Assembly: GCA_019635275.1 (NCBI GenBank)
Contig: JAHBZV010000001.1
Location: 199,626-263,625 of the forward strand
DNA: 64,000 nt
Direction: 5' to 3'
Source of the DNA: Burkholderiaceae bacterium
Lineage (GTDB): Bacteria; Pseudomonadota; Gammaproteobacteria; Burkholderiales; Burkholderiaceae_E
Below are positions 33,012 through 42,761 of the stretch, piece after piece. The translations under genes and the position numbers were made by a program. How positions within the stretch are numbered: the stretch's first letter is position 1; every line of letters begins with the position of its first letter. The notes beneath the pieces were generated by a model that did not search any database, had not been told where the DNA came from, and was given only the letters and a program-made list of their open reading frames with translations.

Positions 33012-34058
33012 ATGACCGGCGTCGACTGGTTCGAGCAGCTGACCGGGTTCCGGGAGCCGTCGTACGACGAGACGCGCGCGCGCCTCGAGGTCCGCGACGG
33101 TCGGCTGTGGTCGCGGATCGACGGGCGCTCGCATGCCATCGGCCGGCTCGAGATGCCGTCGGTGGCGGAGCTGAGGTCGCGCGCGCTCGCTGCGGCGGGC
33201 GAGGGGCGCTCCGGCCCGGCCGGCGTGCCACTGGCGGGGCCGATGTCGGTGACGAACGTCAGCGCCGACGTGCGCGCGCTGCACGTCGATCCGGCCAATC
33301 GCGGCGCGCTGTTCCAGGTCGCGTCGCAGTTCAACCTGCTGGAGATGGTCGGCCCGGATGTCACGCCCGAGCATGGCGTGTCGCGCTACGCGGGCGACCA
33401 CACGCAGGGGCCCGCCTGCGCGGTCTCGGCCGGCGCAGCGACCATCTATCGCAACTACTTCGCACCGGTCGACGGCGTGCCGGGGCAGACCGCGACCCGG
33501 CAGTTCGACGGCCTGAGGGATGTTGGCGTCGCCTTCGGCAACGAGGACGGTCGGCTCTGGACGATGCGCAACGGCTACGCGCTGTGCACCCGCGACGGGC
33601 TGGCCAGCATCGAGGCGAGGCTCGCGGCCGCCGATGCCGCGCAGGTCGACGCCTGGCGCGACCTGCTGCGCATCGGCGTGCACTGGGACGTCGAGGTGAC
33701 CCCGGCGCCGGACGAGTCGCGCCCGACGGTGTCGCAGGCGTTCTGTTCGGCGCTGCCGGTCAGCTACACGGCCATCGCGCCGGCGCATTGGCGCGCGTTC
33801 GCGACGCTGGTGCTCGAAGGCGCCTACGAGTCGACGATGTGGGCGGCAGTGCTCAACGCCGCGCGCGGCGCATCGCGGACCGTGTTCCTCACGCGCCTGG
33901 GCGGCGGCGCCTTCGGCAACGACGAAGCCTGGATCCACTCGGCGATGCGCCGGGCGCTGCGCAAGGCGCAGGGCTTCGCGCTCGACGTGCGGCTGGTCAG
34001 CCACGGGGCCGTGCCGGCGGAACTGCGGGCGCTCGCGGCGGAGTTCCGTCCGCGTTGA
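33012..34058 (+). CDS. Conserved hypothetical protein, possibly macrodomain/PARG-like
   Basis: 348 aa, high-GC codon pattern; ALFQVASQFNLLEM, DHTQGPACA and VFLTRLGGGAFGN motifs. Confidence 0.7.
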   Translation: MTGVDWFEQLTGFREPSYDETRARLEVRDGRLWSRIDGRSHAIGRLEMPSVAELRSRALAAAGEGRSGPAGVPLAGPMSVTNVSADVRALHVDPANRGALFQVASQFNLLEMVGPDVTPEHGVSRYAGDHTQGPACAVSAGAATIYRNYFAPVDGVPGQTATRQFDGLRDVGVAFGNEDGRLWTMRNGYALCTRDGLASIEARLAAADAAQVDAWRDLLRIGVHWDVEVTPAPDESRPTVSQAFCSALPVSYTAIAPAHWRAFATLVLEGAYESTMWAAVLNAARGASRTVFLTRLGGGAFGNDEAWIHSAMRRALRKAQGFALDVRLVSHGAVPAELRALAAEFRPR

Positions 34059-34538
34059 ATCGCGGCCCGGTGCGTTCAGGACGCGCGCATCGGGAGCGTC
34101 ACGCGGCATCCACCCGTTGCCGCGCGGCTCGGTCCGCCGCATAGTGCGGGATTCGAGGCCACGAGCGGGTTTGCGGAGGAGGTCGAAGTGAAGATCGGAT
34201 TGCCGGCATCGAGCGCGCGGCGCCTGGCCGCCTGCCTGCTACTTGGCGCAACGGTGGCACCTGCGAATCGCGGCCACTTCCTCGCGTCGCAGGCCTCACC
34301 GGTCCTCGACGTCGGCCATTCGGTGCCGCACTAGACTTCGAGGCCTTCTCGCAAGCCGGTTAGCCGCCTGAATGGGCTGAGCAGGCTACTTCAAGCGCGT
34401 GGCTCGGGTGCATTGACGTTGCTGCGGGCAGTGGCGGGGAACTCGAAATGGATGCGGGACAACCGTCCGGGTGCACGACGAGTGCCAGGTCCAGAATGTC
34501 GCGCGCGGCGGAGCGGCGCCCCCGGCGCCGCGACGGCC

Positions 34539-36461
34539 TCAGGCGCTGGGTTTCGACTCGCCCACGGCAGAGCGTGCGCCTCCGCGGAGCAGCTGCGACA
34601 CTGCCGCAACACCGAAAAGGGCGACACCCATCACGTCAGTGACCCAGCCGCCCCAGAAGAGCAGGCCCGCGGCGCCCAGGCACAGGAGGCGCTCGACGAC
34701 GGTGAGGCGCCGCACCCCGAACCCCTGCACGCCGGCAGCCAGCGCGAGCACGCCGACCACGCTGGTGACGAATGCCAGCACGATGTCGAACAGCGAGCCC
34801 CTCAACAGCAGCGCCGGGTGGTAGGCCATCACGAACGGCACGATATAGACGGCCGCGCCGATCTTCATCGCGGACCAGCCGGCCTTCTGCATCGGGCAGT
34901 TGGCGATGGACGCGGCCGCGTAGGCGGCGATCGCCACGGGTGGCGTGATCGCCGACAGGATCGCGTAGTAGAAGACGAACATGTGCGCGGCGAGCGGCTC
35001 CACGCCGAGCTTGATCAGCGCCGGTGCGCCGAACAGTGCGACGATCAGGTAGGCCGCGGCGGTGGGCAGTCCCATGCCGAGGATCACGCAGCTGAGCATC
35101 ACCAGGATCAGCGTCAGCAGCAGGCTGCCGTGCGTGATGCTCAGCAGCAGCGACGTGAAGCGCAGGCCGAGCCCGGTGAGCTCGATCGTGCCGACCACCA
35201 TCGCCGCGACGAACAGCGCGGCGGCCACCGGGACGATGCGCCGTGCGCCGAGCTCGAACGCGTCCAGGACGCCGCGCAGGTTCAGCCGCGTGGTGCTGCG
35301 CAACTGCGCCAACGCCACCGTCGCGAGCACGCCTACGTAGGCGGCGAAGAATGGGGTGCGCCGGTCGATCAGCATCGCGACCACGATCACCAGCACCAGC
35401 AGCAGGTGCACGTGCAGCTTCACGTCGCTGCGCGCCTGCAGCACCGACTCGCGCGCCATCGCCGGCAGCTCGTACTTCACCGATTCCAGGTGCACCATCA
35501 CCATGACGGCGAACAGGTACAGGAACGCGGGCAGCGTCGCGGCCACCGCGATGTCGAGGTACTGCAGGCGCGTGAAGTCGGCGATCAGGAACGCGGCCGA
35601 GCCCATGATCGGCGGCACCAGCTGCCCGCTCGACGAGGCCACGGCCTCGACGCCCGCGGCGAAGGACGGGTGGAAGCCGGTGCGCTTCATCAGCGGAATC
35701 GTGAACGTGCCGGTGGCGTAGACGTTGGCGACGGCCGAGCCCGAGATGCTGCCGAACAGGCCGCTCGAGGCCACGGCGGCCTTGCCGGTGCCACCGCGGT
35801 ATCCGCCCATCAGCCCGACGGCCAGGTTCATGAACAGTGCGCCGCCGCCGGCGCGTTCGAGCATCGCGCCGAGCAGCACGAACATCAGAACGAAGGTCGC
35901 GGAGATGCCAGTGACCGAGCCGTAGAGCCCCGACGAGCCCATGTAGAGGTGGTCGAGCAGCCGGTCGAACTCGACCGGCGTCTGCCTGAGCGGGCCAGGA
36001 AAGAACTGGCCGAACAGCGCGTGCGTGAAGAAGATCGCGAACAGCACCGCCAGCGTCAGCCCGATCGAGCGCCGGCAGGCCTCGAGCGTCAGCACGACCG
36101 CCGCGACGCCCATCACGACCTCCATTGGCGCCAGCGCCTCGACGTAGGGCAGCCGGGTGACGAAATGCTCGTAGTTCGCGAAGATGTAGAGCGCCGGCAC
36201 CCACGACAGCCCGCAGAGCATCCAGTCGTACCACGGGATGTGCTCGTGCCGCAGGCCCTGGCGGATCGGGTAGGCGAGGAAAGCGAGCCCGACGTACATG
36301 GCGACGTGCGTGGGCAGGAAGATCAGCACCTCGGGCGCGCCGAACTGCGCCGCGTACAGGTGGAACAGGATGATGCCGATCGAGTACCAGCGCAGGAGCA
36401 GGCCGGCGGTGCCGCGCGGCTGGCGCTGGCCACTCAGTTCGACGTCAGGCTGCTGGTTCAT
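34539..36461 (-). CDS. TRAP transporter fused 4TM/12TM permease (TAXI type)
   Basis: GSISGSAVANV, TGTFTIPLM, GQLVPPIMG, LGMGLPT and ITPPVA; start ATG 36461. Confidence 0.92.
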   Translation of the reverse strand: MNQQPDVELSGQRQPRGTAGLLLRWYSIGIILFHLYAAQFGAPEVLIFLPTHVAMYVGLAFLAYPIRQGLRHEHIPWYDWMLCGLSWVPALYIFANYEHFVTRLPYVEALAPMEVVMGVAAVVLTLEACRRSIGLTLAVLFAIFFTHALFGQFFPGPLRQTPVEFDRLLDHLYMGSSGLYGSVTGISATFVLMFVLLGAMLERAGGGALFMNLAVGLMGGYRGGTGKAAVASSGLFGSISGSAVANVYATGTFTIPLMKRTGFHPSFAAGVEAVASSSGQLVPPIMGSAAFLIADFTRLQYLDIAVAATLPAFLYLFAVMVMVHLESVKYELPAMARESVLQARSDVKLHVHLLLVLVIVVAMLIDRRTPFFAAYVGVLATVALAQLRSTTRLNLRGVLDAFELGARRIVPVAAALFVAAMVVGTIELTGLGLRFTSLLLSITHGSLLLTLILVMLSCVILGMGLPTAAAYLIVALFGAPALIKLGVEPLAAHMFVFYYAILSAITPPVAIAAYAAASIANCPMQKAGWSAMKIGAAVYIVPFVMAYHPALLLRGSLFDIVLAFVTSVVGVLALAAGVQGFGVRRLTVVERLLCLGAAGLLFWGGWVTDVMGVALFGVAAVSQLLRGGARSAVGESKPSA

Positions 36462-36495
36462 TGCCGTTCCCGGATAGCGATCGTGGATCGACAAA

Positions 36496-36556
36496 GGGCG
36501 CCGGCCATGGCCGGCGCCCCCGTGTCGGGTCCCGGGGCGGCGCACCCCCCCGGGAC
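36496..36556. other. Two GC-rich stem-loops between the TAXI binding-protein and permease genes
   Basis: Perfect 24-bp palindrome GGGCGCCGGCCATGGCCGGCGCCC (36496-36519) and a GTCCCGGGG/CCCCGGGAC hairpin (about 36529-36556). Confidence 0.55.
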
Positions 36557-36576
36557 GATGTTGCCTCGGAAGCCGG

Positions 36577-37578
36577 CTATTTGATAACGCCGATCTCTCG
36601 GTAGTAGCGCTCGGCGCCGGGATGCAGCGGGATCGGCAGGCCCTGCGAGCCCTTGGCCGGGTCCATGTCCCTGAAGATCGGGTGCACCGCGACCAGCGCC
36701 GCCTTGTTCTCGAAGGCGAGCTTGGTCATCGCGTAGACGAGGTCGGCGGGCACGTCCTTGTGCGTGAACAGCGCGTGCGTCTGCGAGATCGTCGTGACGT
36801 CCTGGGTCTGCCCCTTGTAGGTGTTCGCCGGGATCACCGCCTTGCCGTAGCCGAACTCGCTCGCGAGCTGGTCGATCGACTTCTGCGATAGCGACATGAT
36901 CCGCATGTCGCGCGACAGCACCAGTTCCTTGTAGGTGGGGCTGTTGATGATGTCGTCGTTGATGAAGGCCTCGATGTGGCCGTCGACCATCCTGCCCGCC
37001 GCCTCGCGGTAGGCCGAGTGCGTGACCGAGCCGCCCCACGCCTTGATGTTCTCGTATGACGCACCGTTGGCCGCCATCGCGCGCTGCGCGGCGAGTTCCC
37101 CGCCGGTGCCGCGCGAGCCGGTGTCGACCTTCAGCGGGTACTTGCGCGCGACGATCTCCTCGAAGGACTTGACCGGAGCCGATGCGAGGATGAACGGGTG
37201 CAGCAGGCTCGAGACGTTCAGGCTGAAGATCGCCCGCAGGTCGGGCATCTTCTCCTTGTTCGGTGGCAGCCCGTTGTAGGCGGCGAACAGGTTGGTCGTG
37301 TAGCCCATGCCCACCGTGGCCTTGCCGCCCTGCACCGAGATCGGGTTGCTGACGCCGCCGCCGGGCACGATGTTGTAGGTCAGACCCTCGATGTTCTTGC
37401 CGTACAGGTCGAACAGAGCGGTCGAGATGACGAACCACGAGCCGCCGATCGATCCGGCCGCCACGGTCTGCTGCCCGGCGGTGGTCTTGTATGGCGCGGC
37501 CGACGCGCCGGTCGTCGCGAGCAGGCACGACGACAGCAGCGCGCTTGCAACGAGAGTCTTTTTCAGGTCGAGCATCAC
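36577..37578 (-). CDS. TAXI family TRAP solute-binding protein
   Basis: Signal peptide; GSIGGSWF, GGGVSN, IPANTY.GQ and IPLHPGAERYYRE. Confidence 0.9.
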   Translation of the reverse strand: MMLDLKKTLVASALLSSCLLATTGASAAPYKTTAGQQTVAAGSIGGSWFVISTALFDLYGKNIEGLTYNIVPGGGVSNPISVQGGKATVGMGYTTNLFAAYNGLPPNKEKMPDLRAIFSLNVSSLLHPFILASAPVKSFEEIVARKYPLKVDTGSRGTGGELAAQRAMAANGASYENIKAWGGSVTHSAYREAAGRMVDGHIEAFINDDIINSPTYKELVLSRDMRIMSLSQKSIDQLASEFGYGKAVIPANTYKGQTQDVTTISQTHALFTHKDVPADLVYAMTKLAFENKAALVAVHPIFRDMDPAKGSQGLPIPLHPGAERYYREIGVIK

Positions 37579-37757
37579 TTCCTCCTTGGTATGAGCCTTG
37601 CCTCTCGGAACGTCGCGCTCCCGGCGCCCTCTGCGGGTTCGGAAAGGGATCGCGCGGTGTCTTCGGTGCGTGCAGTCGGGAGCTCGGCACGCACCGCGCC
37701 GGCCGCGCCGACGGACGCCTCTTCCGGCGTCGACGGGCCGACGGGTCTGGCGCCAAG

Positions 37758-37768
37758 TGGTCTTACCA
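37758..37768. promoter_or_regulatory. FadR-subfamily operator TGGTCTTACCA
   Basis: Fits the TGGT-N3-ACCA consensus; lies between the divergent TAXI and FadR genes. Confidence 0.6.
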
Positions 37769-37898
37769 GTTGGCGAAGCGATGCTAAGGTGGCGCCGTTT
37801 GCCGTGTCAACCGCACGCGTCGGGTGGTGCGCCGGCGCCTGCGGCGCGGCGACCCGGGGCGTAGAATCCATCCGCCCGAAGAGATCGTATCGAGTCGC

Positions 37899-38669
37899 AT
37901 GCTTGCACGGCGCAACCCTTCCAGATCCGATCGAGGTGCGGCGCAGCCGAACGCCGGCGGCGCGTTGCCGCCCGCGGACGCCGAGCCCGCGGTCACCGGC
38001 CAGGTGCTGCGCTACATCGAGGAGCACGGCCTCGCGGCGGGCGAGCGGCTTCCGTCCGAGCGCGACCTCGCGACGCAGCTGGACGTGAGCCGCCCGGCGC
38101 TGCGCGAGTCGCTGGCCACCCTCGAGGCGCTGCGGCTGATCACCCGCAAGCCGAACTCCGGCATCTACCTCGCGGGCCCGAACGCGTACCCGAGCTTCGA
38201 GAGCGTGGTGCTGCGTAGCAACCACGGGCTGCCACTCGATCGCGACACGATCGTCCACTCGATGGAGGTGCGCAACCTGCTCGAGCTGCAGGCGATCGAA
38301 CTCGCCTGCGAGCGCCGCACCGCGGCCGACCTCGCGCTCCTCGCGTCGATCGTCGAGCAGACCGGCCAGCGCCTGGTCGACAACCGCAGCATCATCGACC
38401 TGGACGAGGCGTTCCACCTGGGCGTTGTCGCCGCGAGCCACAACCCGGTCTTCGTGCAGATCGTGCACTCGTTCTACCGGCTCTCGATCGTTAGGCGCCG
38501 CGTGTACTTCTCGGACCTGCGCCGCTGCCGACGCTCGCACCGCGAGCACCAGGAGATCCTGCGCGCGATCGGCGCGCGCGACACGACCGCGGCGCGCGAG
38601 GCGATGCGCCGGCACATCCACGAAGGGTTCTGGCGCAGCATCCTGCGCAGGTCCTCGCGCGTGGCCTGA
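37899..38669 (+). CDS. GntR/FadR family transcriptional regulator
   Basis: GERLPSERDLA.QL.VSRPALRE HTH plus FCD domain (DEAFH, SHNP, EHQEI); start uncertain. Confidence 0.9.
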   Translation: MLARRNPSRSDRGAAQPNAGGALPPADAEPAVTGQVLRYIEEHGLAAGERLPSERDLATQLDVSRPALRESLATLEALRLITRKPNSGIYLAGPNAYPSFESVVLRSNHGLPLDRDTIVHSMEVRNLLELQAIELACERRTAADLALLASIVEQTGQRLVDNRSIIDLDEAFHLGVVAASHNPVFVQIVHSFYRLSIVRRRVYFSDLRRCRRSHREHQEILRAIGARDTTAAREAMRRHIHEGFWRSILRRSSRVA

Positions 38670-38682
38670 AGCGCGTCGGGAA

Positions 38683-38740
38683 TTGACCTCGTGTGGATCG
38701 CGGGCCATAATGACTACGTAGTCTTTGGACGCCAGACTAC
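38683..38740 (+). promoter_or_regulatory. Sigma70-like promoter with downstream GACTAC/GTAGTC palindromes
   Basis: TTGACC-N17-CATAAT (38683-38711), followed by palindrome GACTACGTAGTC and inverted repeat GTAGTCT/AGACTAC. Confidence 0.6.
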
Positions 38741-38826
38741 GCCCGAATTTCCTAGTTGTAAACCGTTAATTCGTACACAATCGACAGGCCTCCTGGGGCG
38801 CGAGGGGCTGCGAGCAGGAGGATGCG

Positions 38827-40431
38827 ATGAGCGACAGGCGACGCAGTTTCTACGGCTGGGGATACGAGGATGACCAGGCCAGCGACGACGAACTGCGCTG
38901 GTTCGAGAAGACCTGGTCGAACCTGTTCGGCGTCGACCGCTTCGAGCCGATGCCGATGCCGCGCGAGTCCGAGATCGAGTTGCGCGCGCCGCGCGTGCAG
39001 CCGCCCGCGAGCCTGCAGGCGTTCGTCACGAGCGACAAGCACGAGCGGCTGTTCCACAGCTACGGGCGCTCGGTGCACGACCTGGCGCGCATGATCCACA
39101 GGCGCGACTTCTCCAACCCGCCGGACTGGGTCGCGTACCCGCGCGACGAGAGCGAGGTCCGCGCGCTGCTCGATTGGTGCAGCGCGGGCGACATCGCGGC
39201 GATCCCGTTCGGTGGCGGCTCGAGCGTCGTCGGCGGTGTCAACCCGCCCGGCGACGATCGCTACCGGGGCTCGGTCACGATCGACATGAGTCGCATGGAC
39301 CGCGTCCTCGAGGTCGATCCGGTGTCGCAGGCCGCGCGCATCCAGGCGGGCGTGCTGGGCCCCTCGCTCGAGCAGCAACTCAAGCCCACCGGCCTGACGT
39401 TGCGCTTCTTTCTGCAGGCCTGGGAGTTCTCGTCGCTGGGCGGCTGGATCGCGACCCGGGCCGCGGGACACTATGCGACGGTCTACAGCCAGATCGACGA
39501 CCACGTCGAGAGCCTGCGCGTGGTGACGCCGTCCGGCACGGTTGCCTCGCGCCGGCTGCCGACCAGCGGCGCAGGACCGAACCCCGACCGCCTGTTCCTC
39601 GGATCCGAGGGCGCGCTGGGGATCATCACCGAGGCGTGGGTGCGGCTGCACCGCCGGCCGAAGTTCCGCAAGTCGACGACGGTGCGCTTCGACGACTACG
39701 CGCGCGCGGTCGACGCGGTGCGCGCGATCTCGCAGGCCGGGCTCTACCCGGCGAATGCCCGCCTGCTCGAGCGCGGCGAGGCGGCGTTCACCGAAGCGGG
39801 CGACGGGCGCCACGAGGTCCTGATCCTCACCTTCGAGGGCGCCGACCATCCGTTCGACGCCTGGATGCAGCGCGCGCTGGAGCTGTGCGCGGACCACGGC
39901 GGACAGTGGGACCCGGAGGCACTGGCCGACAGCGAGTCGCAACGCAGCGGCGCTGCCGGCAACTGGCGCGACAAGTTCCTGCGGGGGCCTTTCCTGCGGC
40001 CGCACGCGATCGCGCGCGGCGTGATGCGCGACACGATCGAGAGCTGCATCACCTGGGACCGCTACCTCGACTTCCAAGCCAGGGTCAAGGCGCAGACCCT
40101 GCGCGCGATCCGCGAGGTCACAGGGCGCGACGGCACCTGCACGGTGCGCTTCACGCACCTGTACCCGGACGGCCCGGCCCCGTACTTCACCTGGCACGCG
40201 CTGGGCGACAAGTCGAAGCTGGTCGAGCAGTTCTGGGCGATCAAGTCGGCGGCCTCGCAGGCGATGATCGACGCAGGCGGTACGATTACGCACCACCACG
40301 CGCTCGGACGCGATCACAGGACCTGGTACGACCAGGAGCGCCCGCCGCTGTTCGCAGATACCCTGCGCGCGGCCAAGCGGGTCCTCGACCCCAGGTCCGT
40401 GCTCAATCCGGGCGTGCTCATCGACCCCTGA
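38827..40431 (+). CDS. FAD-binding oxidoreductase, VAO family (alkyl-DHAP synthase-like)
   Basis: IPFGGGSSVVGG, EFSSLGGWIATR, GSEGALGIITE, TITHHHALG and LNPG. Confidence 0.88.
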   Translation: MSDRRRSFYGWGYEDDQASDDELRWFEKTWSNLFGVDRFEPMPMPRESEIELRAPRVQPPASLQAFVTSDKHERLFHSYGRSVHDLARMIHRRDFSNPPDWVAYPRDESEVRALLDWCSAGDIAAIPFGGGSSVVGGVNPPGDDRYRGSVTIDMSRMDRVLEVDPVSQAARIQAGVLGPSLEQQLKPTGLTLRFFLQAWEFSSLGGWIATRAAGHYATVYSQIDDHVESLRVVTPSGTVASRRLPTSGAGPNPDRLFLGSEGALGIITEAWVRLHRRPKFRKSTTVRFDDYARAVDAVRAISQAGLYPANARLLERGEAAFTEAGDGRHEVLILTFEGADHPFDAWMQRALELCADHGGQWDPEALADSESQRSGAAGNWRDKFLRGPFLRPHAIARGVMRDTIESCITWDRYLDFQARVKAQTLRAIREVTGRDGTCTVRFTHLYPDGPAPYFTWHALGDKSKLVEQFWAIKSAASQAMIDAGGTITHHHALGRDHRTWYDQERPPLFADTLRAAKRVLDPRSVLNPGVLIDP

Positions 40432-40443
40432 CCCGCCCGCCAC

Positions 40444-41667
40444 ATGCCCGGACCCCTGCTCGGCATCCGCGTTCTCGACTTGAGCCGCATACTCGCCGGG
40501 CCCTGGTGCACGCAGGCGCTGGCCGACCTCGGCGCCGAAGTGATCAAGGTCGAGCGCCCGCGCATCGGCGACGACACGCGGGCGTGGGGGCCGCCCTTCG
40601 TCGCGCGGACCGACGGCACCGAGACCACCGACTCGGCGTACTTCATGTCGGCCAACCGCGGCAAGAAGTCGATCACGCTCGACATCGCCGCCCCTGAGGG
40701 ACAGCAGATCGCGCGCTCGCTGGCTGCGATCTCCGACGTCGTGATCGAGAACTTCAAGGTCGGCGACATGAAGCGCTACGGCCTGGACTGGGCGTCGCTG
40801 TCGGCGCTCAACCCGGGGCTGGTCTACTGCTCGATCACCGGCTTCGGGCAGACCGGCCCGTACAGCGAGCGCGCCGGCTACGACTTCATGATCCAGGCGA
40901 TGGGCGGGCTGATGAGCGTGACCGGCGAGCGCGACGAGATGCCCGGGGGCGGCCCGCAGAAGTGCGGCGTGCCGATCGCCGACATGATGACCGGCATGTA
41001 CTCGGCGTTCGCGATCGCCGCGGCGCTCTACGAGCGCCGTTCCAGCGGCCTGGGCCAGTACGTCGACATGTCGCTGCTCGACACACAGGTCTCGTGGCTC
41101 GCCAACCAGAACCTCAACTACCTGGTCTCCGGGCAGCTGCCCCGCCGCTGGGGCAACGCGCATCCGAACCTGACGCCGTACCAGGCGTTTCCGACGCGCG
41201 ACGGCAACCTGATCCTCGCGATCGGCAACGACCGCCAGTTCCGGCGCTTCTGCGACGTGGCGGGGTTGGCCGCGCTCGGCGACGACGCGCGCTTCGTCGA
41301 CAACCGCGCGCGCCTCGCGCATCGCGACGAACTGGTGGCGCTGGTCGCGAGCGCGATGCGCGCCCGCTCCACCGACGAGTGGATCGAGGCGCTCGAGGCC
41401 GTCGGCGTGCCGTGCGGCCCGATTAACACGCTCGATCGCGTGTTCGCCGATCCGCAGGTCGTGCATCGCGGGCTGCGCATGGACCTGCCGCACGCGGCGG
41501 CGGGCAAGGTTCCGCAGGTCGCGAACCCGATCCGCTATTCGCGCACCGCGATCGAGTATGGGGACGCGCCGCCGGTGCTCGGCCAGCACACCGACCAGGT
41601 GCTGGGCGAGCTGCTGGGCCTCGACTCCGGTCGGATCGCCGAGCTGCGCCGAACGGGCATCGTGTGA
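40444..41667 (+). CDS. CoA transferase family III (CaiB/BaiF)
   Basis: DLSRILAGPW, LGAEVIKVE, GDDTR, NRGKKS, GFGQTGP and GVPIAD. Confidence 0.92.
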   Translation: MPGPLLGIRVLDLSRILAGPWCTQALADLGAEVIKVERPRIGDDTRAWGPPFVARTDGTETTDSAYFMSANRGKKSITLDIAAPEGQQIARSLAAISDVVIENFKVGDMKRYGLDWASLSALNPGLVYCSITGFGQTGPYSERAGYDFMIQAMGGLMSVTGERDEMPGGGPQKCGVPIADMMTGMYSAFAIAAALYERRSSGLGQYVDMSLLDTQVSWLANQNLNYLVSGQLPRRWGNAHPNLTPYQAFPTRDGNLILAIGNDRQFRRFCDVAGLAALGDDARFVDNRARLAHRDELVALVASAMRARSTDEWIEALEAVGVPCGPINTLDRVFADPQVVHRGLRMDLPHAAAGKVPQVANPIRYSRTAIEYGDAPPVLGQHTDQVLGELLGLDSGRIAELRRTGIV

Positions 41668-42761
41668 GCCGCGCGCTGACCAGTCACGAGGTGGCCCGCC
41701 TGGCCGGCGTCTCGCAGGCCACCGTGTCGCGGGTGCTGCGTGATGACCAGCGGGTCCGCCCGGCCACGCGAGACAGGGTGCTGCGCGTGCTGGCCGAGAC
41801 CAAGTACGAGCCGAATGCCGCTGCGCGCGCGATCCGCGGCCGGCGCACCGGCTCGATCGGCGTCGTGGTGGCGCGGCTGTCGTACCAGCTCTATCCGGCG
41901 ATGCTCGAGGCGATCGGCGCGCAGCTCGCGCGGCTCGACCGGCGCATGATCGTCTGGGACGCCGAGCACGGCGGCGACCAGCCCGCGGTGCGTGCGCTGC
42001 GCCAGGGCATTGTCGACGGCGTGATCCTGACCGCCGCCACCGCCGAGTCGCAGTTCCTGAAGGAGGTCCACTCGCCCGAGGCGCCGGTCGTGCTGGTCAA
42101 CCGCACGGTAGACAGCTGCCCCGCCGACCAGGTGTCGAGCGACAACACCGGTGGCGGCGAGCGCGTGTCCGGGTACCTGGTGCGCTGCGACCGGCGCAGG
42201 ATCGCGCTGATCGGCGGCATTCCGCGGGCGAGCACGATCCGCAACCGGGAAGCCGGCTTTCGCGCCGGACTGGCGCGCGCCGGCATCGCGTTGCCGCCGC
42301 AGTACTACCGCCGCTCCGAGACCTTCAGCCACGCGAGCGGGCGCGAGGCGGCGATCCGGCTGCTCGAGCTGGGCAGCCCGCCCGACGCGATCTTCTGCGT
42401 GAACGACGTGCTGGCGGCCGGCGCAATCGACGGCGCGCGGCACCTCGGGATCAGGGTGCCCGACGACCTGTGGATCATCGGCTACGACGATATCGAGCTC
42501 GCGTCGTGGGATGCCTACGACCTGACCACGGTGCGCCAGCCGATGGACGAGATGATCGCCTGCGGCATCGAGCTGCTGCTCGGGCGGATCGCCGAGCCGG
42601 CCAGGCCGGCCGAGCGCCGCTGCTTTCCCAACGACCTGGTGATCCGCGGCTCGACCGGCCGCCACCCGTTTCCAGGGCCCGGCGAGGGCCGGTCCCGGCC
42701 GGCCGCCGCCGCTCGATCCGCCAACCGAAAGGCGCGCCATGACGAGAAAGCTTCGCAGTAA
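41664..42761 (+). CDS. LacI family transcriptional regulator
   Basis: EVARLAGVSQATVSRVL, DAIFCVND and IIGYDD...LTTVRQP. Confidence 0.92.
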   Translation: MSRALTSHEVARLAGVSQATVSRVLRDDQRVRPATRDRVLRVLAETKYEPNAAARAIRGRRTGSIGVVVARLSYQLYPAMLEAIGAQLARLDRRMIVWDAEHGGDQPAVRALRQGIVDGVILTAATAESQFLKEVHSPEAPVVLVNRTVDSCPADQVSSDNTGGGERVSGYLVRCDRRRIALIGGIPRASTIRNREAGFRAGLARAGIALPPQYYRRSETFSHASGREAAIRLLELGSPPDAIFCVNDVLAAGAIDGARHLGIRVPDDLWIIGYDDIELASWDAYDLTTVRQPMDEMIACGIELLLGRIAEPARPAERRCFPNDLVIRGSTGRHPFPGPGEGRSRPAAAARSANRKARHDEKASQ

